The translations under genes and the position numbers were made by a program. The notes beneath the pieces are model-generated. The model was not told the DNA's origin, did no database searches, and saw nothing but the letters and a program-made list of their open reading frames with translations. A stretch of 45,057 nucleotides of DNA, filler included, from Jimgerdemannia flammicorona (taxonomy: Eukaryota): NCBI GenBank assembly GCA_003990765.1. It is 2 parts of 2 records of this genome, joined end to end, with 100 filler letters (N's around TTAATTAATTAA, not from the genome) between each part and the next. Parts side by side here need not be neighbours in the genome. Positions count along the whole stretch, not along the records: positions 1 to 22,480 come from RBNJ01001270.1; 1 more part is not named here. One strand, written 5' to 3'. This document shows, piece by piece, positions 1-11,433 of this stretch (within the stretch, counting starts at the first letter, position 1; each line of letters starts with the position of its first letter).

Positions 1-330
1 TTTTTATAGTCACTTGGACTCCTTTATTGCCTAAAATTATCTAATACAACAATGACCCCATACAATGACTGCTATAACTACAAAGTACAAAGAAAGGCCC
101 ATCAGCCAACACCTTCTTTCCACCGCACCCCTCTGTCATCAAGCACCAGGTGCCCTCGACTCCTCTGTACGATGTCCCCAAGGCCCCTAACTGGTGCCTC
201 TTCCCCTACTGCCATATTATCACTTGTGCGTCGTGGTTATCTCCGACGCGGGGTTGGGTACTGGTCGGCCCCGTGATCAGCACTGGCAGATGCTCACAAG
301 AATGCCCAACAAATTGTTATTGGAGAGACC
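1..330 (-). mobile_element. 3' end of a poly(A)-tailed non-LTR retroelement; right boundary uncertain
   Basis: Reverse complement of 1-28 is AATAAAGGAGTCCAAGTGACTATAAAAA, nearly identical to the 3' terminus of the TSD-flanked insertion at 9324-9350 (AATAAAAGAGTCCAAGTGACTAAAAAA). No CpG in 1-123. Confidence 0.5.
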
Positions 331-554
331 AACAAAATTAATTCTAGCCAATGGTGCCGTTGTGCGTACATCAGGCCGTCCACTCATTTGATACTTCCGC
401 GATAGGGATTCATCACTATTTGAGAGTTACGCGACAGTTCTGTTAGCGTCGTTGGACGGTGAACGTATAAAAGCACCGAAAAAGGGGTTTGGCCATGTAT
501 ACTTGATGGTAGCTAAATTCGAAGTCTGAATCCGTATATTGCCGAAGCGAAAAC

Positions 555-723
555 TGTTGTGAATATGGGGTGGAGCAAAGAAGGAAGGAAGGGAAAAAAA
601 AAAAAAAAAAAAAAAAAAAAAGAAGGAAGGAAGGGTATTGTTTATTGATCGCGTTTTTACGCGTTGAAATCGGTGATGTAATCACGGGTGACGTAATCAC
701 GTATAAGCCACATATAAGCCACA
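555..723. mobile_element. Solo LTR related to the copia LTRs at 8160 and 15860
   Basis: Starts TG, ends CA. Shares collinear motifs with the copia LTR (GAATA..GG.GTGGAG, TTGTTTATT, CGCGT.TTTACGCGT, GTGACGTAA, CATATAAGCCACA). The homologous site in the paralogous unit (about 18467-18487, CGAAAACATATGCACAGG) is empty. No clean TSD. Confidence 0.65.
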
Positions 724-835
724 AATTATGCACAGGAAACAAAATTTGGTGGCGACAGCAACATCCCCACCAATCTTATCCCAGCACCTCGCCATCACCA
801 TCGATATACCAAGATGTCTGTTCACAAATAACCAA

Positions 836-1981
836 TTACGCCAAGTCAGTGTCACCTTCGGCGCGACCATCTGCAGAAACTTGTAGACTTCCTCGTAGAC
901 CGTGAATGCGGGGGGGGAAATGATAATAGCGTGGCGGGAAAAATCGTTGTTTGCCTCTCGGTAAATGAAATCACGGCCATAAACTAGCTTGCCTCAACTT
1001 ACAATCAACCTGGCCAATCTCGGCGTGGCGCCTTTCCAAAGCGCGAGCACGCCATCCTTCCTCGAGACCTTTACCACGCAATCAAAGCTATTCTTATACA
1101 ATTTTTGGCGTCGAGCGCCTGCATCTTTGTCTTGATGACATTGAGGGGGCATAGTGGTATACGCGGTGACGATGCCTGCCACGCCGCCGACAGCGAAGGC
1201 AGCCCATGATGGGAGCGGGTCGTCCGGCCTTGCGCGGAGGTGCTGCACCTGAGTCTTGAGAGCGCATCATGACGGAGAACAGGCCCCGGTAGATTCCGCC
1301 TAAGCCTTCAGCACGGACAATAGCCGTGCTATTTAAGGTTCGGCGTGTATTAGTTTGGTTCTGGTGTCGAGTGGGAGCCGTTGGGTGATCGCTATCGGGG
1401 AAATAGTCTTCACACTTGCTCTCGACCATAAACTCCAAACTTACTTTGTCGTCTCTGGCGGCGTGACAATCAGCGTAGCCTCCGTCATATCCGCTCCTAA
1501 CCACCCAAGCACGCTCCTCGTGCCGATGAGCTTGCCGTAGTCGTCGCGGAGGGCCTGTGCGAATTTGTCGTAGGCAAGGAAGCGGATGGCAATGGCGAGG
1601 GCGGACACGTCGCAGTGGAGGGCGAAGATTCCCAGGGTGCGGACGGTGTGTGAGGAGGTCGATCGGGCCTTTGAAGCGCGGCTGGAGGGTTGGGGGGTGA
1701 AAGAAGTTAATTGCGCTTGCGAAGGTCAGATTCCTATATTATAAATGGGGATAATATTGGCGCCTTACCGCCTGTACAGCAGCCAACTTGTCTCCTTCCA
1801 GCTGTAACATCGTCTTGATGTACTCGGTCAGGTAGGTTAGGCGTCGTCCACTCCACAAGAAGGCGGGGTTCTTCTTGTCCTTCGTCTGCAGGTTATGACG
1901 AAACAAGTTTCAACAGACTGGAAGCGTCTTGAGAGGATCAGATGCGAAGGCACCAAGACGAGTCATAACCTTGTCAGACAT
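836..1981 (-). pseudogene. CTP1: Mitochondrial citrate carrier pseudogene (copy D)
   Basis: Collinear with the intact gene at 18633-20000 including introns. Multiple internal deletions and frameshifts; fragments such as ALWKGATPRLARLI are retained. Confidence 0.9.
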
Positions 1982-2351
1982 GTTCAGTAGGCCGCTCAAG
2001 GTGGTATGGACGAGAGGGGGATGAAGAGAGTAGTGTGTCCTGGTGGTTTGATTGCTCGTCGGAGAGTTTTATCTAATCATCAGTCACAATGCACCGTAAA
2101 ACCATATATCAAATTCCCAGGCAACCCAAATGTTCCAAAATTAATCATAAAAGTTTGGACAATACATAACTTCGCACCAATAACATATAATATATACTGA
2201 AGATGACATAAGAGTGACATAGGGCATATTTTAACTTAATGTCAGGAACTTAATGTAAACGAGTGCTGATGGGTGTTCTGATGTACGGATAGGTCATAAA
2301 TACTGGTGGGTTTACGTATTGGCTCAATTCTAGAAAAAAGCGGTAACTAAA

Positions 2352-3167
2352 TCACATATCCAACCCAAAAAAATACATTGGAGTGCTGCTTGTCACAAGT
2401 AAATGAGTTTCGCTGGGGTAGTCTGTGCCATATCCCTCCAATTGAAATTCCGAAATTTGAGGTGGCAGCACGTTTTCCTGGATACTCATCGGATAGTTTT
2501 CCTGGAGGCGGGAGTCGTTAAGGGTTGTGACGTCCACTGCAGGGGCGAGGTCGGTTTCGTCAAAGTTAACGAGGTCGTCAAGTTCATACAGTGTCTGGAT
2601 GATAGTAGTGTTGTTCTCCGCAGAAAATTGGTTGCACATATACTCGGTAGCTGTGTGATAGTTATCCTTCGAGAAACAAGGTTCGCTACGCTTACCACAA
2701 CGATGGCAAGGAGCGCCCGAGCATCGCTTTTTGTGCAAATGGCATTTGGCGCACGCCGTTCCCGGTGCCTTTCTCTTGGATTTATTTATGCAGGCGTGAA
2801 GGTGGCATCGCTTTTTTCTTTTCGAACAATCAGCGCATTGCTTGTACGGGGTGTACGCCGGCGACTGTTGTGGCATGGGGTTGGTGCTAGATAGGTGCGG
2901 CGAAGAATCTTGATTGTCAACGAACGCATCCAAAATGTTTTGCGAAGGATTTGAGGTGTTTCTTTCGATTTCGCCGACGATCGGGGGTCCACTGGCGTGG
3001 GTTTCTGTCCATAGGTGAGCCAGGAGATGATCCATGAGGTTGAAGATCAATGAGCAATTTGGATAGGGGCAGCGGAGATAAGAGACGTTTGGATGGATTT
3101 GGTTTTGAATCAGAAAACGTGACTGAAGGCGTTGAGGAGGCCTTGGAAAAATGGGTCGGTAAGTCAT
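2352..3167 (-). CDS. Intronless zinc-finger transcription factor, 271 aa: C2H2 finger + CxxCx6CxxH module + Zn2Cys6-like cluster
   Basis: CPYPNCSLIFNLMDHLLAHLWTETH (C2H2), CADCSKRKKRCHLH, ACAKCHLHKKRCSGAPCHRCGKRSEPC, acidic C-terminus. TATA-like TATAAA about 50 bp upstream. Confidence 0.85.
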   Translation of the reverse strand: MTYRPIFPRPPQRLQSRFLIQNQIHPNVSYLRCPYPNCSLIFNLMDHLLAHLWTETHASGPPIVGEIERNTSNPSQNILDAFVDNQDSSPHLSSTNPMPQQSPAYTPYKQCADCSKRKKRCHLHACINKSKRKAPGTACAKCHLHKKRCSGAPCHRCGKRSEPCFSKDNYHTATEYMCNQFSAENNTTIIQTLYELDDLVNFDETDLAPAVDVTTLNDSRLQENYPMSIQENVLPPQISEFQLEGYGTDYPSETHLLVTSSTPMYFFGLDM

Positions 3168-3347
3168 TTTTATGATTTGTTCTTGTTCGTGCTTTTGGAA
3201 TGTGGCAACATGGTTACTTTATACATGGTCGAGTGATTTGAATTTCGAATTTTTGCCGCTTTATTCTTATTCCCACCCTCATGCTGTGTTCGATTCGTTC
3301 AACCCTGTATCACGGCAATTGTATTGGCTAATGCTTTAAACCCTCGC

Positions 3348-3408
3348 CGGAACCGCACAACTTCAACGTAATGAAGAATCGATGCGATGATATAACGTGA
3401 CGGTCCCG
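3348..3408. promoter_or_regulatory. Two CGG-N2-CCG inverted triplets upstream of the zinc TF; candidate zinc-cluster binding sites next to a CCAAT box
   Basis: CGGAACCG at 3348-3355 and CGGTCCCG at 3401-3408; ATTGG at about 3323. The motif recurs upstream of every TF copy. Confidence 0.4.
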
Positions 3409-3492
3409 TGTCACGTGGACAAATTGACAGTTTTGTTTCCCTCCATGCGTACCCCAAACAAGAGCCCAAATGTGGCTCACCCGGGAGAAAGT

Positions 3493-3606
3493 TTGTAAAC
3501 AAGGTTGCTTTTTCGTATATTTTGTAAACAAGCGTTGCTTTTTCGAGAATAAATTGTATATATTTTGTAAACAAGCGTTGCTTTTTCGAGAATAAATTGT
3601 ATATAT
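3493..3606. repeat. Short tandem repeat, about 44-bp unit, 2.5 copies
   Basis: TTGTAAACAAG(C/G)GTTGCTTTTTCG-type core occurs three times, twice followed by AGAATAAATTGTATATA. Confidence 0.8.
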
Positions 3607-4311
3607 ATGTACACAATCCGCGACGTTACCGCTATCCCACTAACCAAAAGAGATGGTTTCTTTCGATCACGGCAATTTATTGGCTAATGCTTTAAACCCT
3701 CGCCGGAACCGCGCAATTTGACCAAGCCCAGGTCTAAAATAGAACAATGAACCAGGTCCAGAATAGGTGTTCCGCGCTTCCTTTCGGCGAATTGGTCACA
3801 ACGAGTTGAGATATTTGTGCCCATACTCCCATGTGCGCCTCAACTTTGCTGTAAATCTTAGTTTTACGCGGGTGTCCTCTCGTTCTGGACAATGAGTGGG
3901 CGGCTCGTTTTGCTTATCGCCTGCTCCCAGATCTGCTTCTTCCACGTCTTTGTGCTTTGCACATACAATAAAAAAGAATATACTATACTTTGTGCAATCA
4001 TGGAGAGTTTGGACCATTTTCCTACATATCTGAGTGTGCGATTCATGGATTAGTTACCAGCCTCAGAGTGTTTTTTTTATTCTCGGAAGGCGATCGGTGC
4101 TAAGATCGACACCGCAACTTGCTTTTTATCGCCACTTTCCATTTTTATAAATTTACAAAATAGGCGGTCAGGGGCACGATCAAAAAGGTCATGATTTCCC
4201 TGAATAAACCTGCATATTGCCCGGTGGAAGAAAAAAAAAAAAACGTCTGTGAAACCATTTCACTTCATAGGCAATGACAAGGTTTGTGTATTGTTTGCCG
4301 TTGTACTAAGG

Positions 4312-4590
4312 TCAAGAGTGCCTATTGTGCGTTGGCGCCATCCCACCGAGGTGTGACGAAGAGCCTTGATTCATAGCGAGCGCATCCGAAGTGTTTTCCA
4401 AAGGATTTGAGATGTTTCTTTCGATTTCGCCGACGATCCGGGGTCCACCGGCGTGGATTTCCGTGCAGAGGTTTGGGCAATTTGGGTAGGGGCAGGGGAG
4501 GCAAGAGACGTTGGGATGGATTTGGTTTTGAATCAGAAAGCGTGGTTGGAGATCTTGAGGGGGCCTTGGCAGAATAGAGCGGTAAGTCAT
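4312..4590 (-). pseudogene. Truncated 5' fragment of the zinc TF gene with its promoter
   Basis: MTYRSILPRPPQDLQPRFLIQNQIHPNVSCLPCPYPNCPN aligns to the N-terminus of 2352-3167. The C2H2 finger is internally deleted and the cluster domains are absent. Confidence 0.85.
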
Positions 4591-5515
4591 GATTTTTTCA
4601 TGTTTTTGAAATGTGGTGACACCGGTTCCTTTTATACATAGTTCAGTTACTCGAATCTCCTCCATTTCGAATCACTTCCATACCCCTCGTCCCGCGTTCG
4701 ATTCGTTCATCGGCTAACCTCGTCGGAACCGCATAATGTGAACGGGATAGCAGTCACTCGATGGGACATCTCATCTGGGTTTTCGTATGGGACACATCAC
4801 ATCCAGATTTTCATACGGAACACATCCTATCCATCTCATCTCTCATTATATAATTATATATAAATCAAGATGCATAGAATTTAATATCTATGCAGCTGTT
4901 TTGTCGGAGAGATTTGAAAAAGCGCTCGGTTATAGGAGCGATAGGTTGTTGATTTTTTTTTTTTTTTTTTTTATAGGTTGCTTGATTACTGTTAGACGAT
5001 TAGGAAAGACGAAATACTAACATGTGCACAGCAAAATCTGTTTTCCGAATGTTGCGGCGGAGTTAAACCAAGACGGTTTGAGATTATCATGTGAAAATAC
5101 TATCAGACGGTCGTTGGGAATAAGATTTTATTTTCGAAGGTGCTTATATGACGTTTTATCTGTGGATCCAGAGAAAATTGGCACCGACCTGCATGCTTGA
5201 GTACGGAAAGGTTGGCCGAGTAGTACGCCAAAAAAGGGTTCAGGCCAATAATCACGTAATCTACTGATCAGGTCGTCCCCCTCATGTCAATTATATAACA
5301 TGTTATTTTATTACTATTTAAGAGTACACCGTGACTGATCTGTTCGCGTCGGAGGGTGGGTGTATCAAAGCATATTTTTGTATGTATCAAAAAAAGACAA
5401 ATAAAATGCTATGATGCATGTCCAAGACCTAGTGATGACAGCAACATCCTCCAACCTCATCCCAGTACGTCGCCATAATTACCGATATATCAAGAGCCTG
5501 TCCGCAACCAACCCA

Positions 5516-6615
5516 TTATGCCAAGTCAGCGTCTATCCTTGCCACCTTCGGCACGACCATCTGAAGGAATTTGTAGACTTCCTCGAGACTGTGAAGGCGA
5601 TACCGCCGGAGGACTATAATGAGAAGAGAGTTTGTAAGTACGGAGAAAAAAAAATACGATAATAGTGTGGGGGAAAAATATTGTGTCCCTCCCAGCAAAT
5701 GAAATAAAGCTTCCCATCATCGTCCAAGTCACAGACGAGCCCGCCTCAACTTACAATCAACCTGGCCAATCTCGGCCCGACGCCCCCTTTCTCGCGACCT
5801 TTATCACGCAATCAAAGCTATTCTTGTACAAATTTTAGCGTCGACCGCCTGAATCTTTGTCTTGACGACGTCGAGAGACAGTGGTATACACGGTGACGAT
5901 ACCAACAGCGAAGGCAGCCCAGGATCGTCCGGCCTTGCGCGGGGGCGCGGTGCCTTTGTCTTGAAGGTGGAGTAGACAAAAAAGCGGACGGCGGAGTTGG
6001 TATCCTGGCGTATCATGACGGGGGGCCGCGATATTGAAAATAGTCCTCACACTTTCGACACCCACTCCAACACGGCGCTCGACCATAACCTCCACACTCA
6101 CTTTATTGTCTCTGACGGCGTGACAATCAGTGCAACCTCCGTCATACCCGCTCCTAACGCCACAAGCACGCTTCTCGCGTCGCTGAGCTTGCCCTGGTCG
6201 TCGCAGAGGGCCTGTGCGAATTGGTCGTAGGCAAGGAAGCGGACGGCGCTCTTCCAATGACGAAGGCGGACATGCCACGGTAGATGGCGAAGATTTCCTG
6301 AGTGCGGACGGTGTGCGTGAGGTGGCCGATCGGGCGGCTGAGGTTCGGGGTGGAAGTAAGTTAGGTGCACTTGCAAAGGTCAGGTTTCTATGACATAATG
6401 GGATATAATCGATGCCTTGCCGCCAGTACGATGGCCAGCTTGTTTCTTTACAGCTGCAACCTCTTTTTGTATTCGGTAAGGTAGGTTATGGCGCCCTCCA
6501 CGCCGCCAGTGATGAGAGATAAGGTAGAGTTCTTCTTATCGTCCTTCGTCTGCGGTTACGACGAACAACAGACTGGAAGCTTTCTTGAGAGGGACAGATG
6601 CAAAGGGTCATAACC
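5516..6615 (-). pseudogene. CTP1: Mitochondrial citrate carrier pseudogene (copy C)
   Basis: Collinear with 18633-20000. The start-codon exon is deleted and there are several internal deletions and frameshifts. Confidence 0.9.
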
Positions 6616-6884
6616 TGTTCAGTGAGACTGTACGCAGAGTGACTTGATTGATCGACGGAGAGTTTATTCAATAACCAGTGTAATTACCGAAATAAATTAA
6701 ATGTCATAAAAGATTGGACATCGAACCAAATAAACTTGATATAACATATGCTGAAGATGGCATATTAAAAATAATAGAAAATCTATAAGAGTGGCATAGG
6801 GCATATTTTAGCTTGGTGCCAGGAACTCAACGTAGTCGAGTGCTGATAGTGGGTTTGCATTTGCTCAATTACAAAATAGCAGGA

Positions 6885-7490
6885 ATATCCAAAAAAATAC
6901 ATCGGAGTGCTACACATCCCTCCAATAGAAATTCCGAAATTTGAGCGGCACGTTTTCCTGGAAGCGGGAGTTAAGGGTTGTGACGTCCACTACAGGGGTC
7001 GGTTTCGTCAAATTTGACTAGGTCGTCAAGTCCATACACTATTTGGATGATAGTGTTATTGTCCTCCGCAGAAAATTTTTGCACAGATGCTCGGTAGCCG
7101 TATGATGGTTATCCTTCAAGAAACAAGGTTTGCCACGTCTGCCACAGCGATAACAAGGAACTCCCGAGCATCACTTTTCGTTCAAATGGCATTTGCAACA
7201 CGCCGTTCCGGGTGTTTTCCTCTTGGATTTGTTTAATAAAGCATGAAGGCATCGCTTCTTTCTTTTCGAACAATCAGCGCACTGCTTGTACGGGGTGTAT
7301 TCCGACAACTGTTGTGGCATGGGGTTGGTGCTGGATAGATGCGACGAAGAACCTTCGATTTTGCCGACGGTCAGGGGTCCACTGACGTAGTTTTCCGTGC
7401 CAGGAGAGTCCATGAGGCTGAAGATTATTGGGCAATTTGGGTGCAGCGGAGGTAAGAGATTTTGGAGAATGTGACTGGAGATCTTTTTAT
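6885..7490 (-). pseudogene. Zinc TF pseudogene (copy B)
   Basis: YKQCADCSKRKKRCLH and TACCKCHLNEK followed by a premature TGA (CGA in intact copies). N-terminus largely deleted. Confidence 0.85.
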
Positions 7491-8159
7491 ACATGGTCGA
7501 GTGATTCGAATTCTGCCATTTTATCTTATCCCCACCCTCATTCTGTATTCGATTCGTTAGACCTTGTATCGCGGCAATTGTATTGGCTAATACATTAAAC
7601 CCTCGCCGGAACCGCACAACTCCCAACGTAATTGAAAGGATTGACGTGATGATAACTCCGAACGGACTATACACTATAGCCGGTTCGGAAATTGGTACTT
7701 GTTGACGCCGGATCGGCCCCCCCCCTTTTTTTTGGACAAAGTACGAGGCTTGTGTGCTTATTTCCGGGTTGTGTATACATGTTTCTGAGGTGCGCCATTA
7801 TCGCGCGAATTTTATGACCACGTGCCATTTTACCCGTAAGGGCAGTATAGTCTGAAAAATTCGAAAGTGAGAGTTCGCAGCGAAAGTGACATTCCAGGTT
7901 GTATATATATACATATTTTAAAATCTGTTTTCCGCACACTATCAGCACCACAATGCACTATGTTACGGCGCCAAAATGTTCGGAAAGGAGTCAAACCAGG
8001 ACAGTGTGTGATTGTAAAGGACAATACGATTCGTTGGGAATTAGAGTCGCCAATGGCGTGATCCAGAAAAAATCAATTAAAAGTTCTGGCTGAGTAGTAT
8101 CACCTGTGCCAACAATCCGAATCTGACGTCACCAATTTGTTTTCGCGGCAACATCGCCA

Positions 8160-8287
8160 GTATCTTAGTTGGGAATACGGAGTGGAGGAGAAGAGGAGCG
8201 TTGTTTATTATTCCAGATAGCGCGTCGAGTGACGTAACTCAAAGATGACGTAGTTACATATAAGCCACATTATCGAGATGTAATACA
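8160..8287 (-). repeat. 3' LTR of the copia element (CpG-intact)
   Basis: Direct repeat of 15860-15996; adjacent to the PPT; inner end reads TG on the minus strand. Confidence 0.92.
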
Positions 8288-8822
8288 ATACTCCCGCTCA
8301 ACGAGATAATATGCAATGTAAGCAGGAATGTAATGTAACCAAGCAATAACTGCAAAATGACTGTGAATGTACTAAAAGAATGCTATCTACACATGCTTAA
8401 AACATAAGAAACTATAGTGAAAATGAAGAATGTAGATTGGTCCCAATAGTAGAAAATCTCAAATATAGAAGAAGAAAAAGAAGAAAAATTTAATATAATG
8501 CTTGAAGAGAGAGATATATATTGCAGCTTCCTTTTCATTATCAAATATCTTGTGATTACTCATTGCTGGCATATAGTTCTATTGCTGGTATATAGTTTAC
8601 TATAAGACTTATTTTTTTAGTATATTGCTTAAATTTAGATCTCAAAAGAGCTTTGATAAGTGAATCTGCAATAATATACTCTATGGGAATGTATTTTAAG
8701 TATATAGTTTTATTTTCTATATATTCCCTTATATAATAGTGTTGTATATCAATATGTTTGGTTCTGCTATAATGAATAGAGTTCTTTGCTATAGTAATTA
8801 TAAACTAGTTATCCTAATGAAT

Positions 8823-9342
8823 ATATGTATATCATAGTAGTCTGCCCTGGGGTGGAAGGTTATTGGCAGACCTTGGAGGAACATTGGGGCTCTGAATGAG
8901 GGCAGCCAGGGGATTCCATCAGTATAGTTGCCAGAAGAAAACTGGTGGGAGATATTGGTGATGTGTGGGGTAGTATTGGGCAGATCTTAGGAGTATAGAT
9001 CTTGATAGTATCACACTAGCAGTAGGTCTTTGAGAGTGAAAGCTGGATGGAAATTGGGAATTTGATAGAGCATTGACATTGACTTGTGAGAGAGATAGTG
9101 CAGGAGTGATGGTATCAGAGGAGGTGGCAAGAGGTGGGGATAGTGAAGAAGGTACAAGATATTGTCTTAGAGAATCAGAGTCATTTGGTGCTAGATAAGA
9201 CTAGAATGCAGTGAAAAATTGAGATAAGTTGATAGGTTCTACTAGGTTCAGTAAGTCCTTTGGATATAGTGTGAGTGGTCAAGAGAACTTGTATATTATT
9301 TACTATTCTTATAAACTGGTTAGAATAAAAGAGTCCAAGTGA

Positions 9343-9373
<31 letters not shown>
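8823..9373 (+). mobile_element. 5'-truncated poly(A)-tailed non-LTR retroelement inserted in the copia RNase H
   Basis: 16-bp TSD AGTTATCC(T/A)AATGAAT at 8807-8822 and 9374-9389. AATAAA signal then about 30 A. G-rich body distinct from the flanks. Confidence 0.85.
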
Positions 9374-9377
<4 letters not shown>

Positions 9378-11218
9378 ATCCAAATGAATTGATATAGAGT
9401 ACTATTCCTGATTAAAGCTAAGTTCTTTTAACAGTTAGCATAACCAAATGGCTTCCTTTATTTCTGTAGATAATACTTAATATATACTCTAGTTATATAT
9501 ATAAATAATATTATTACTAAACTCTACTTATGTATTTGCCAGAATATAATCTCTTTATTATTTAATTAAAAGAGATACTCAGTTATAGATTAGTAATTAT
9601 CTAAGTCTTTAGTCCAATCAGCATCACATATATCATATAGATATGTTGTTGTCCTTATCATTATTACCATTGCTCTTACTTAATCTATTAAGAGTAAGTA
9701 TATATGCAGTATACTATTTTCTTGAAGTATTTGAATATATACTTAACTACTGACTAATATATATTATTATAATATAATAAATACTATATTATCTTATTCA
9801 TAATATATAAGATGTCAGATCTTATTTTTAGCATAAGATATATAATAGACTCACTGTTTACTAATAGAGAATATTAGTATAGTTTTTATTATTATTGGTC
9901 TTAAGCTTTCTTAACTTCACTAATGTTTCTATAGAAATACTAACAGACTTATATTTACTCATATTAAAGTATTTAAAAATAGCTTAGATATATATTGACT
10001 GTGAGAGATATATAGTATATATATATACTCTTATTATATATAATAGATATCTTTAAAAGAAAAAATGTATTACCTATGTCTATTATTTTAAATTCTTTAA
10101 ATAGAGCTTTTTTTTGACTTTATTAAACTTACTTTTTATTATAATAATAATAATATCATCTATTTGTATATATATAAATATCACTCTATTGGTATAGTAT
10201 TGAATATATATATAGTTATCTGCTTTATAGTATATGAAACTATTGTTAAGAAGATATTTATTAATTTCTCTATTTTACAAATAGATTACTTGCTTGATAC
10301 TATATAATCCTTTGTATAATTTACATACTAGATCATTATTTTACTCATATTCTTATAGCTGGTAAATATATAACTCTCTGTCTTTATATCTATCTAATAG
10401 ATTTCCAGATTATGTATGGTACTGATTGCAAGAAGTATTCTTAGTAAAGTAAGCTTGAATACTGATAAAAATATCTTATTATAATTTATACTATAATTTT
10501 ATAAATAACCCTTAGTAATAAAATAAGCTTTATATATATTATTCTATACTTCTATTATACTTATACTTAATTTTGTAAACTCAATATAATTTTATAGCTT
10601 GTTAATTAATTAGAAGAAGTATCAGATCTATATACTATTCTTGATAAGTAAATTATACTCTTTATCTATAATATATTACTATTTTTTATTATATATCAGA
10701 AGATATTATTACTTTATTATATATATATTTGGCTTATTAGAAGTTATAATAAATATATATTTATATATATATCTCAGCATAACTCATATAGTCTTTATAT
10801 TACTATTTAGAGTTTGCTAGTATATCTTAATAATTTTCTAAATTAGAATAAGTCTCATTTCTGAGCTTATACTTTAACTTTTCCTTACTCTTAATAGACT
10901 TTTTATTATTATTATTAGTTTTACTATCTTTAATCTCTATTATTCTTGACTTAGATAACTCTAGCTTAGATATATAGAGTGATTGAAAATAATTTTACTT
11001 TATTAAAGAGGTTGGTATTAGATATTATATTTATATTGACTGAGATATAAATGTTAAAGTAGATATTAAAGTAGATATTGAAGTAGAGATTTCAATAGAT
11101 ACATTTATATAAGGTTTTTGATTCTCTTTTTTATTAAACTATATATCATATAAGATTACTATATGATGTTTACATAGATCTTAAAGTTGATATATAAATC
11201 CATAAGCTATCTCTTATG

Positions 11219-11433
11219 TTAATTTGTAAATAAATTTATCTGTAAAAAAAAATTAAATTAAAAGAACTTTTTATTAAAAATTTTATATCAAATATTATGT
11301 CAAAAAATATTTTAAAAATATAATTTTTGAGTTTTATTAAAAAACAAATTTTAAAAATTTTAAATTAAATATTATAATAAATTTTTTTTTTAAAAATATT
11401 AAATTTTTTACAGATAAATTTACTTGTATTTAA
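11219..11433. mobile_element. AT-rich MITE-like element inside the copia
   Basis: TAAATTTATCTGTAAAAAA at 11231-11249 is the reverse complement of TTTTTTACAGATAAATTTA at 11404-11422. TTAA at both outer ends (11219-11222, 11430-11433). Confidence 0.6.

Noticed and set aside
3493..3606. Possible CRISPR-like array
   Set aside because: Simple tandem duplication without unique spacers, in a eukaryotic context.
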